43,470 nucleotides of DNA from Candidatus Hydrogenedentota bacterium (GTDB lineage Bacteria; Hydrogenedentota; Hydrogenedentia; Hydrogenedentales; SLHB01). Within the stretch, counting starts at the first letter, position 1. Every line of letters begins with the position of its first letter. The position numbers and the translations under genes were made by a program. This document shows, piece by piece, positions 34,835-43,470 of the stretch. The notes beneath the pieces are model-generated. The model did no database searches. It was given only the letters and a program-made list of their open reading frames with translations, and was not told the DNA's origin. The DNA lies in assembly GCA_034408725.1 (NCBI GenBank), contig JAWXCN010000267.1, positions 1-43,470 of the forward strand. Direction: 5' to 3'.

Positions 34835-37800
34835 GTGCGTTTGTGCAGGCCTCGTGCTGTTTCGACGCGAGTCGCGCTGGCAACAAAGCTGGTTTTCATT
34901 TCGAGTTGCCCTTTTTTTGCGGCACTGATATGCGCACACGCCGGCGCGCCAGCCACGGCCATACCCGAGAACGTCTACGCGACGGATTTGCTCGCGTATC
35001 CCAAGCAGTGGGCCTTCGAGATTGCGCGCTCTGGAATCATTCTTGTGGATGATCAGCAGCTCGACGATCTCACCGATCCCGACAAACTTGTGGATCTGGG
35101 CCTTACCGGTACGCCGGACGTCAAGTCTCTTCGCCAAATCTGTGAGGAAGCAAAAGCCGGAGGACGCCGCACCCTGATCCTCGCGTTCGACCATTTCTTC
35201 AACCAATATCGAAAAGAGTCCTTGGCCGCGCCGCGAAAGTACATGCCGGATGGCGACGACATGGCCGCGCGCGTCGCGACGATCAGCGCGTTCGCCCAGC
35301 AGTACGGGCTTGGCCTCGAACTCAGTCTTCTGAGTCCGCTCGAGATCGGTCCCGGGTACCGCGACGCCACCGGAGAATCGGGCACGTGGCTGCATTACCG
35401 CAAGGGAATTCGCGATGCAAGCACCGGTAAATACAGCGTGCAGCTCTGGCGTCACACACAGTGGTCAAACAATAAGGGCCCGATCTCAATCGAGGATGCG
35501 GGTGTGCGCGTGTTCGCGTTCAAAGAGCGTTCGCTTGGCAATACGCCCTACCTCGTCGTCGATCCAAAGGAGATCGTCGAAATCAGCGATACCGCAACCG
35601 TCGAAGTGTGGCCGGGCGCCATAGAAAAACGCGGAGACTTCGCGTCGATCCGCATAGAAGTGCGCGGAAACGGCCGGGCAGACATCGGCGCGCTCGATCG
35701 GGTAATCGTGGTGCAGCAGTATCAAACGCCGGAGATGGACTATTTCAGCCCGAATGCGCTTCCGTTTCTGACCAAACTCGTCGATAAATATCTTGATGCG
35801 GGCGTGAAGCTCAACGGATTGTACTCGGATGAAATGCACATACAGCAGGATTGGCATTACTTCTCGCATCACGATAATGGCGAACTCGCCCTGCGCTACG
35901 TTACACCGAATTTAAGCCGCGTCTACGCGGAGCGATTCGGCGCGGAGTTCGCCGATCTCGCCAAGTACATGGTCTACTTTACCCACGGCCAGGAGGATAC
36001 CGCACTCGATCTCAGCGCGAAAGCGGGCCGCATGCACGTCTTCGGCGACTCGCCGGAAGCCGTCCGCCAGACCGCGCTGTTCCGCGCGCGGTACTATCAT
36101 TTGCTGCAGAACGAAGTCGTCAAATTGTTCACGGAGGCCAAACACCATGCCGAATCGCGCACTGGCAATAAGCTTGAATCGCGCGCACACGCGACATGGG
36201 CGCAGAGCCCGACCATCGACAAGTGGGATACGGGCCGCTCGAACCATCAACGCAGCCAGTACGAGTACACGTCCAATTTTGTGTGGTCCAACACGGTCCA
36301 GCAGGCGGCATCCGCTTGTTACGATTATTTTGCGTGGGGCGATTTCCTGACAGGAAACGGAAACGACCACGCCGAAGGTGGATGGCTGGACCGCAATTAC
36401 TACGGCCTCATGCTCGCCTGTTCGACAGGGTCTATCAACGAAGTCCCGAACTCCTATGGCGCGCATTGGGGAATGCCGCATGAGATCGGCCGGCGGCGCC
36501 AGTCGCTCGTGAATACATTCGGCGCGGCCGCCTCTCCCCCATTCGCAATTGTCGAAGACGGCGAACACCGCGACGTGGATGTGCTCATGTTGTATCCGCT
36601 GGATTTGGTGGGCGTCGACGAACGTTTCGGAAGTTGGATGACGCAGTACGCATACGCGAATCTCATAACGCCGGCAAAACTTCTTGAGCTTGGCGAGATT
36701 GAAGGCTGTGAGATCGTCGTCGCGGGCCGAAGTTACACAACCATCGCCACTCTGTTTGAACCATTCCCGTCCGCTTCCCTGCTGGCGATGCTGCAACAAT
36801 TCGCCAACGCGGGCGGACGCGTGATCTGGTCGGGTCCTCCGCCGGTGATCAATGCGGAAGGACAGCCCTGCCTACGCGATTGGGAGTTTCTTACCGGCGC
36901 CTCGTATACCCCGGGTCTGGACGAAGGCATTATGGCCCCCGGCAGAGTGATAGCGTTCGACGGTGCGTTAAAGGGCGTGCCATCACAGATGATACTCACT
37001 GATTTTCTTGTGGATCGCATTTATCCGGTCGGCACTATTGGAGACACCGAAATTGTGGCGCGCTCCGGTGACAATATTGTGGGAACGCACCAAATCACGT
37101 CTGGCGGAGGCTCCGTTACATTTCTCGGGTTCCGTCCGCGCGACGATCAAGCCGCCAGTCTGGGCTATGAAGTGCGGACGTGGTTCGCGCTGTTGCAGAC
37201 GCTGGGCGCATATCCCGCATCAAGAAAATTCGCGGACACAAACGACAACACCGAAGTGGTTTCGCGCACCACGCCGTACCTTTCCTGCCGGTTTCCGAAC
37301 GGCACGACCGCCATCGCGCGGCATTTCAAGGATGTACTGGAAGATTGGCCTGGAGGTTTCGCGCGAGACGAAGCCCAGGATCGCGCGTATCTCGAACGCG
37401 CTCCACCACCGACCGAAACAATCGAACTTCAGGATTTCCGCGTGAACGGCCACGCGGTCACCTACAACGGCCAACAAACGGTCGCGTTCCGCGTTGATGA
37501 CGCTGGCAAACTTATCGGGTTCGCGGGCAACCACTGCGCTGAAATCACCATCGACGGCGCCACGACCGTATTCGCTTCGCAGCCAATGACCATCATTGCG
37601 TGGGCGCCAGTGACCGCCGGGCGACGCGTTCCAAATGGCGCGTTGCTGATTGTCCACGCGGCGGGCGCGGGCGAGCTTCGCATTCCAGCGCCAGAATTGC
37701 CGGAATCCGCGCGCCTCGTTGCACAGGGCGCGACACGAGGCAGCCGCGGCGCCGATGTGCCATGCACCGTTAAAAACGGTTTTCTGACGTTTACCGTCCC

Positions 37801-37840
37801 TCCGGAACATTCAGGAGGATGGTTCTACGCGCTACCGTAG
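34835..37840 (+). CDS. Large secreted protein, putative glycoside hydrolase-like
   Basis: Signal-like leader ending in AHAGA. LYSDEMH recalls GH-A/GH106-type catalytic strands, followed by a GATase-like segment (FANAGGRVIWSG). Start moved to GTG 34835 after the upstream stop. Confidence 0.5.
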   Translation: MRLCRPRAVSTRVALATKLVFISSCPFFAALICAHAGAPATAIPENVYATDLLAYPKQWAFEIARSGIILVDDQQLDDLTDPDKLVDLGLTGTPDVKSLRQICEEAKAGGRRTLILAFDHFFNQYRKESLAAPRKYMPDGDDMAARVATISAFAQQYGLGLELSLLSPLEIGPGYRDATGESGTWLHYRKGIRDASTGKYSVQLWRHTQWSNNKGPISIEDAGVRVFAFKERSLGNTPYLVVDPKEIVEISDTATVEVWPGAIEKRGDFASIRIEVRGNGRADIGALDRVIVVQQYQTPEMDYFSPNALPFLTKLVDKYLDAGVKLNGLYSDEMHIQQDWHYFSHHDNGELALRYVTPNLSRVYAERFGAEFADLAKYMVYFTHGQEDTALDLSAKAGRMHVFGDSPEAVRQTALFRARYYHLLQNEVVKLFTEAKHHAESRTGNKLESRAHATWAQSPTIDKWDTGRSNHQRSQYEYTSNFVWSNTVQQAASACYDYFAWGDFLTGNGNDHAEGGWLDRNYYGLMLACSTGSINEVPNSYGAHWGMPHEIGRRRQSLVNTFGAAASPPFAIVEDGEHRDVDVLMLYPLDLVGVDERFGSWMTQYAYANLITPAKLLELGEIEGCEIVVAGRSYTTIATLFEPFPSASLLAMLQQFANAGGRVIWSGPPPVINAEGQPCLRDWEFLTGASYTPGLDEGIMAPGRVIAFDGALKGVPSQMILTDFLVDRIYPVGTIGDTEIVARSGDNIVGTHQITSGGGSVTFLGFRPRDDQAASLGYEVRTWFALLQTLGAYPASRKFADTNDNTEVVSRTTPYLSCRFPNGTTAIARHFKDVLEDWPGGFARDEAQDRAYLERAPPPTETIELQDFRVNGHAVTYNGQQTVAFRVDDAGKLIGFAGNHCAEITIDGATTVFASQPMTIIAWAPVTAGRRVPNGALLIVHAAGAGELRIPAPELPESARLVAQGATRGSRGADVPCTVKNGFLTFTVPPEHSGGWFYALP

Positions 37841-37862
37841 GCGTGCCCACACGCTCAACAAG

Positions 37863-39128
37863 CTACTCGGCCACTGGATACGCCCGGCCTCGTGCGAACG
37901 GGTTTGCCATAGCCTGTTCCACAATTCCCTCCAATAACACGCGCCACTTGTTCGTTTCTATTCTTGGATCAAGGCCCCTGCTCATTCGTTTCATTTGGTG
38001 GTTGTGCCAGAAGCTTTGCAGCATGTCATCAAAAATTTTGATTCCCGTCTCCACGTCGATACGCATCGCCTCCTGTGCGCTGCCGTCGAGCATGCGCGCA
38101 CAAAGGTCCGGTTCGACACACAATGGCCGCGCAAGTCCCACTACATCCACCGCGCCTCCCGATACCGCCTCCGCCATTCCCTTCGCTGTGCGAAAGCCGC
38201 CGGTAACCATGAGAGGCATTGCGGTCACTTTGCGTACTTTTTCTGCATACTCCTGAAAATACGCCTCGCGTGATCGTGTACTTGCTCGAACGCCCATCAT
38301 CGCGGGATTCTCATAGTTGCCTCCGGATATTTCGAGGAGGTCGACGCCTTCGGCGTCCAGCGCGCGCACGACCTCGATCGAATCCTCCTCCGAAAACCCT
38401 CCTCGCTGAAAATCGGCGGAGTTGAGTTTCACCCCGACTGGAAACGCCGGTCCCGTTTCGCGGCGAACGGCACGCACTGTCTCAAGCAGAAACCGCATGC
38501 GTTTTTCAGAAGACCCACCCCACTCATCGGTCCGAAGATTCACGCGCGGCGACAAAAACTCGCTGATGAGATAACCATGCGCTCCGTGCAACTGGACACC
38601 GCCAAAACCAGCAAGTTTTGCCATTGACGCAGTCCGCGCAAATCCGGCTATGAAATGATGAATCTCGCGGTCTGTAAGTGCACGGGGCCTGCCGAACATC
38701 GTTTTGAGCGGACCCCGCTCGAATTCCACAGCCGACGGTGCAACGGGCTGCGCTGTCACTTTCTTCGGTGATTGCCGGCCCGCATGATTGATCTGCATCC
38801 ACAACCGCGCGCCGCGGGATTGCGCGGCATCTGCCCATCGGCGCAATAGCGACAGGTCACGGTCATCCTCCACTGCAACGTTGCGCGCGTTCTCCATTCC
38901 GATCCGATCAATCATCACATTGCCGGTTAACAACATGCCCGCGCCACTAGCCGCCCAACGTTCGTACAGCCGGATAATGGCATCGTTGGGCGAGTTCGTC
39001 GCAGAATCGGCCATTTGCTCAGTCATCGCCGCCTTCGCGAAACGGTTCGGCAGAACCGCGCCACAAGGCAACTGAACCTGCTGCCCAAGAATCTGGGCAA
39101 AATGTGAATTGGAAATGGTCGAATTCAT
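37863..39128 (-). CDS. NADH:flavin oxidoreductase (Old Yellow Enzyme family)
   Basis: LPNRFAKAAMTE, QINHAGRQ, GVQLHGAHGYLISEFLSP, RTDEWGGS, VGVKLNS, VGLARP. Confidence 0.95.
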   Translation of the reverse strand: MNSTISNSHFAQILGQQVQLPCGAVLPNRFAKAAMTEQMADSATNSPNDAIIRLYERWAASGAGMLLTGNVMIDRIGMENARNVAVEDDRDLSLLRRWADAAQSRGARLWMQINHAGRQSPKKVTAQPVAPSAVEFERGPLKTMFGRPRALTDREIHHFIAGFARTASMAKLAGFGGVQLHGAHGYLISEFLSPRVNLRTDEWGGSSEKRMRFLLETVRAVRRETGPAFPVGVKLNSADFQRGGFSEEDSIEVVRALDAEGVDLLEISGGNYENPAMMGVRASTRSREAYFQEYAEKVRKVTAMPLMVTGGFRTAKGMAEAVSGGAVDVVGLARPLCVEPDLCARMLDGSAQEAMRIDVETGIKIFDDMLQSFWHNHQMKRMSRGLDPRIETNKWRVLLEGIVEQAMANPFARGRAYPVAE

Positions 39129-39241
39129 TTCAAAACCTCGGCGATTCCAACGCAGAAAGCAAAACGTGAAGCTCTTACACACCTGGACGGACGAGAATGC
39201 GCGCAGGCATCCAGATTGGAAATATTGTTACAATGGGCAGT

Positions 39242-42163
39242 ATGACACATGCCATGCCAACGTGGATCAGATCCTTCGGGGTGCTAGCGCTGGCTTCGCT
39301 TGCCTGCATTGCCGAGCCCATCGATTTCGGGCGCGACGTTCGCCCCATCCTCGCCAATTCCTGTTTCAAATGTCACGGCCCAGATGAAGCCGCGAGGCAA
39401 GCCAAATTGCGGTTGGATACATTCGAGGGCGCTACAGCCTTGCGCGAATCCGGCGGATCGGCTGTCGTGCCGGGTAACCCGGCATCAAGCATGCTCCTCG
39501 CTCGCGTGCAATCCCACGACATCGACGAGCGAATGCCGCCCGCGGAGGTTGGCAAGCCATTGGATGCGGCGGCCATAGGCACGCTAAAACAATGGATCGC
39601 TGACGGCGCGACTTACAAGCCGCACTGGGCATTTGTAAAACCGGAGCGCCCTGAATTTCCCGAAGTGCTAGACGCCGCGTGGCCACGCAACGGCATCGAT
39701 TATTTTGTGCTCGCCCGTCTCGAACGGGAAGGGTTGAAACCTTCGCCGGAGGCAAATCGCGCGACCCTGGCGCGGCGGTTGTATCTCGACCTTACCGGGT
39801 TGCCGCCAACTCCCGCGGAAGTCGCAGCGTTTGTAAATGATACCAGTGCCGCTGCGTACGAAAAACTTGTAGACCGGCTGCTGCAATCTCCGCATTACGG
39901 GGAACGGTTCGCGCGGGTCTGGCTGGACCTTGCGCGATACGCAGACACAAAAGGGTATGAAAAGGATGATCGGCGAACCATCTGGCGATACCGCGATTGG
40001 GTAATCGACGCGTTCAACGCAGATATGCCATTTGATCAGTTCACAATCATGCAGATTGCGGGGGACCTGTTGCCCGGCGCGGCCACCAACGAATTGCTCG
40101 CGACCGCGTTTCATCGCAACACCATGACGAACGACGAGGGTGGAACGGACGACGAGGAGTTCCGCAGCGCGGCGGTAATCGATCGTGTGAACACGACCAT
40201 GTCGGTCTGGATGGGTTTGACCGTTGGTTGCGCGCAGTGCCACACACACAAGTACGATCCCATCACCCACCGTGAGTATTACCAGTTCTATGCTTTTTTT
40301 AATCAGACGCAAGACGCGGATGTCCCAGCGGATACTCCCGTGTTATCGACCCCGACTCAAGCGCAATCCGCCGCAATCGAGGCACTTGACCAGACTATCG
40401 CCGGCGAGGCGCAGCGGCTGAACTACGCACTCAATCGCTTGTGCGAAGATCGGCCAAACTGGGAACAGGACCTGCTCGCGGCCGCAACAGACCTACCCGT
40501 CCTTGGAGCGTGGAAAGCGGGTCCATTTCTTCCCGCGGGCACGTATGAGGAAGCCTTTGAGCGCGCATCCGCCCCCGCGGCCAAGCCCGACACGACGGAT
40601 TGGACGGTGCGAGCGGAATTCACCGACGGCACCGTGCATACCTTGCAAGAAGGCGATATTGGCTCGACCTCTCTCAAGCGAAACATCCAATCGCCCGACA
40701 CGCGCCAAGTCGAGTTCCTCCTAGGAAGCAACGACGGTTTTATACTGTGGTTGAATGGTAAGGAAATCGTCTCGGTAAAAACGACGCGCTCGGCCGCGGC
40801 AGACCAGGATCGCGTAACGGCGACATTGAACGAAGGCACGAATACGCTCCTGTTGAAAGTATTGAACGCTGGCGCCGGACATGCCTTCTATTTCAAAATG
40901 AACGCTCAAACTTTCCCTCCCGAGGTGCGCGCCGCGCTTGCGCGCGATCCTGCCGCGCGGACTCCGGAGGAAACAGAACTTATCCGGCAGCAGTTTGCCG
41001 CGATAGCGCCGGAACTGGCGCCGATGCGTGAACGACTGGCCGCATTGCGCTCGGAACGCGGCGCCATCGAAGCCGCGATTCCCAATACGCCGATTTTGCG
41101 CGAATTGGCAACGGACCAACAGCGCATCACGCGCATTTTCGAGCGCGGCAGTTTTCTATCACCCGGGGAACCAGTAGTTCCCGGCGTGCCGGCTGTGTTC
41201 GCATCCTTGCCAGCGGATACGCCGATCAACCGGCTTGGGCTGGCGCAATGGCTGGTATCACCCGAGAATCCTCTCACTGCGCGCGTTGCCGTCAATCGGC
41301 ATTGGAACCAATTCTTCGGATCGGGAATCGTCCAAACGCTGGACGATTTCGGCACTCAAGGCGACTGGCCGACACATCCGCAGTTACTGGATTGGCTCGC
41401 TTGCGAGTTCGTGGCGAACGGGTGGAGCATGAAGGAACTGTGCCGCGTTATCGTGACGTCGGCGACCTACCGGCAGGCTTCAGAAGTCTCGCCGGCCGTG
41501 CTGGAACGCGATCCCTACAATCAGCTCTATGCGCGAGGCCCGCGTTTCCGCCTGGCCGCGGAAACAATCCGCGATCAAGCGCTCGCGATTGGTGGCCTGC
41601 TCGATAAAACCCTGCATGGTCCTTCCGTCATGCCGCCACAACCCGAAGGCGTGTGGATGCTGGTGTACAGCGCGGACAAGTGGACCACAAGCGAAGGCGC
41701 CGACCGGCATCGCCGCGGCCTCTACACATTCTGGCGGCGTTCGAGCCCGTATCCGTCAATGGTCACGTTCGACGCCCCGTCGCGGGAAGTGTGCATCGCG
41801 CAACGCACGCGCACGAACACGCCGTTGCAGGCGTTCGTGACTCTGAACGATCCGGTCTACGTCGAAGCCGCGCAAGCATTGGCGCGGCGCATAATGCAGG
41901 AAGCGGAGTCGCCCGCGGACCGCGCGAAATTTGGGTTTGTGGCTGCCGCGGGCCGCGAACCGTCCTCGGATGAGCTGGCGCAAATCGTAGCGTTGTACGA
42001 ATCAGAATCGGCGCATTTCAGCGCGGACCCGGTGGCGGCAATCGAAATGGCGTCCAATCCACTCGGCCCGTTGCCGGCGCAACTGAACACCGCAGATGCC
42101 GCCGCATGGACCGTCGTCGGGAATGTGCTGCTCAATCTCGACGAAGTCCTCAACAAAACGTAG
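39242..42163 (+). CDS. Planctomycete-type cytochrome c / DUF1549 / DUF1553 (PSCyt-PSD1) protein
   Basis: CFKCHGPD...RMPP, HWAF, WLDLARYADT, CAQCHTHKYDP, NPLTARVAVNR, RTNTPLQA, LLNLDE. Confidence 0.93.
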   Translation: MTHAMPTWIRSFGVLALASLACIAEPIDFGRDVRPILANSCFKCHGPDEAARQAKLRLDTFEGATALRESGGSAVVPGNPASSMLLARVQSHDIDERMPPAEVGKPLDAAAIGTLKQWIADGATYKPHWAFVKPERPEFPEVLDAAWPRNGIDYFVLARLEREGLKPSPEANRATLARRLYLDLTGLPPTPAEVAAFVNDTSAAAYEKLVDRLLQSPHYGERFARVWLDLARYADTKGYEKDDRRTIWRYRDWVIDAFNADMPFDQFTIMQIAGDLLPGAATNELLATAFHRNTMTNDEGGTDDEEFRSAAVIDRVNTTMSVWMGLTVGCAQCHTHKYDPITHREYYQFYAFFNQTQDADVPADTPVLSTPTQAQSAAIEALDQTIAGEAQRLNYALNRLCEDRPNWEQDLLAAATDLPVLGAWKAGPFLPAGTYEEAFERASAPAAKPDTTDWTVRAEFTDGTVHTLQEGDIGSTSLKRNIQSPDTRQVEFLLGSNDGFILWLNGKEIVSVKTTRSAAADQDRVTATLNEGTNTLLLKVLNAGAGHAFYFKMNAQTFPPEVRAALARDPAARTPEETELIRQQFAAIAPELAPMRERLAALRSERGAIEAAIPNTPILRELATDQQRITRIFERGSFLSPGEPVVPGVPAVFASLPADTPINRLGLAQWLVSPENPLTARVAVNRHWNQFFGSGIVQTLDDFGTQGDWPTHPQLLDWLACEFVANGWSMKELCRVIVTSATYRQASEVSPAVLERDPYNQLYARGPRFRLAAETIRDQALAIGGLLDKTLHGPSVMPPQPEGVWMLVYSADKWTTSEGADRHRRGLYTFWRRSSPYPSMVTFDAPSREVCIAQRTRTNTPLQAFVTLNDPVYVEAAQALARRIMQEAESPADRAKFGFVAAAGREPSSDELAQIVALYESESAHFSADPVAAIEMASNPLGPLPAQLNTADAAAWTVVGNVLLNLDEVLNKT

Positions 42164-42175
42164 GGAGTTTTCCCA

Positions 42176-43470
42176 TTGGACCCACATACCGAAGCCTGGA
42201 TGGAACATCACCGGCTTTGCACGCGCCGGCACTTCCTCAGCTCGTGCGCCGGTGGGATGGGCGCGGCCGCCGTCAGCCTAATGATGCAAGGCACGGCGAA
42301 AGCGTCCGTCGTACAACCGGAGCTGCCACACTTCGCAGCGCGCGCCAAGCGCGTAATTTACATCCATCTCGCGGGCAGCCCGCCACAACAGGATTTATTT
42401 GATTACAAGCCCGCGCTAAACGAATTGAACGGGCAACCCTGTCCGGATTCGTTGATGGAGAAAGAACGTTTCGCGTTCATCAAGGGCCATCCGAAGATTC
42501 TCGGTTCTCCATACAAATTCAAACAGCATGGGCAGGCCGGCACCTGGGTCTCAGAATTGCTCCCACATTTCAGCGAGATTGTCGATGACGCGACCGTCGT
42601 GCGCTCAATGTACACGGACCAGTTCAACCACGCGCCCGCGCAACTCTTCCTGCACACCGGCTCACCCCGTCCCGGCCGCCCTTCCATGGGCGCATGGGCG
42701 ACGTATGGTCTCGGCAGCGAGAACAGCGACCTCCCCGGCTTCATGGTGCTTGTGAGCAGCAACACGCCCGACGCGGGAAAAAGCGTGTTCGGCAGTGGCT
42801 TTCTTCCTTCTGTCTACCAAGGCGTGCAATGCCGGACACAGGGTGACCCCGTCCTCTACGTCTCCGATCCCTCGGGCATGGACCGCGGCGTGCGCCGGCG
42901 CAGTCTCGACACGTTACGCAGTCTTAATGAACAACACCTCGCGGTCGCGGGCGATCCCGAAATTGCCACGCGCATCGCCCAATACGAATTGGCATATCGC
43001 ATGCAGATTTCCGTCCCGGAGGTCATGGATATCGCCAGCGAACCGGAACACATTCGCGCGATGTACGGCGCGGAACCAGGCGTCGCTTCGTTCGCAAACA
43101 ATTGCCTGCTTGCCCGGCGGCTCGCGGAACGCGGCGTGCGCTTCACGCAACTCTTTGACTGGGGATGGGACACGCACGGCACTGGACCAACCGATGACAT
43201 CGTCACCCACTTGCCGAAAAAATGCCAGATGATGGACCGCCCCGTCGCCGCGCTCATCAAAGACCTTAAACAACGCGGCATGCTCGACGACACCCTTGTC
43301 GTGTGGAGCGGTGAATTTGGGCGCACCGCCATGAACGAAGAACGAGACGGCTCAAAATTCCTCGGGCGCGATCACCATCCGCACGCGTTCACCATCTGGA
43401 TGGCGGGCGGGGGAACGAAGCGCGGCGCAAATGTCGGTGAGACTGACGAACTCGGCTATCGCGCCGTCGA
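42176..43470 (+). CDS. DUF1501 family Tat-exported protein (3'-truncated by window edge)
   Basis: TTG after GGGAG gives MDPHTEAWMEHHRLCTRRHFLSS, AKRVIYIHLAGSPPQQDLFDYKP, ARRLAERGVRF, WDTH, GEFGRT, GRDHHP. Missing from the ORF track because it has no stop in the window. Confidence 0.92.
   Translation, partial: MDPHTEAWMEHHRLCTRRHFLSSCAGGMGAAAVSLMMQGTAKASVVQPELPHFAARAKRVIYIHLAGSPPQQDLFDYKPALNELNGQPCPDSLMEKERFAFIKGHPKILGSPYKFKQHGQAGTWVSELLPHFSEIVDDATVVRSMYTDQFNHAPAQLFLHTGSPRPGRPSMGAWATYGLGSENSDLPGFMVLVSSNTPDAGKSVFGSGFLPSVYQGVQCRTQGDPVLYVSDPSGMDRGVRRRSLDTLRSLNEQHLAVAGDPEIATRIAQYELAYRMQISVPEVMDIASEPEHIRAMYGAEPGVASFANNCLLARRLAERGVRFTQLFDWGWDTHGTGPTDDIVTHLPKKCQMMDRPVAALIKDLKQRGMLDDTLVVWSGEFGRTAMNEERDGSKFLGRDHHPHAFTIWMAGGGTKRGANVGETDELGYRAV

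Overview
This is a GC-rich bacterial chromosomal window. Its gene content (two DUF1549/DUF1553 cytochrome + DUF1501 pairs, many REP-like intergenic elements) suggests a PVC-like organism or Hydrogenedentota; that is inference only. The left part is housekeeping: GT2, HAD phosphatase, Tat-exported hydrolase, alaS-ruvX-mltG, a TIM-barrel epimerase and membrane proteins. The centre (11.5-21.3 kb, minus strand) is a bacterial microcompartment (BMC) operon behind a near-consensus sigma70 promoter. Its order is ilvE, PH-domain membrane protein, BMC-Tdp, BMC-H, BMC-P, CPBP membrane protease, acylating aldehyde dehydrogenase, a 2.5-kb interruption, BMC-Ts, BMC-P, BMC-P, class II aldolase. The shell set and order recall the Haliangium ochraceum (HO)-type BMC of unknown function, here in one locus with extra genes. 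The interruption holds an antisense pair (unknown Cys-rich protein + Nal1-like trypsin protease) and a small membrane gene broken by an in-frame TGA. The right part has an MmeI-family Type IIL R-M enzyme, an esterase, a cupin remnant, tRNA-Arg(TCT), an HlyD/ABC exporter, a putative Cys-His amidase, a large glycoside-hydrolase-like protein and an Old Yellow Enzyme. All family calls come from motif recognition by eye, and no searches were run.
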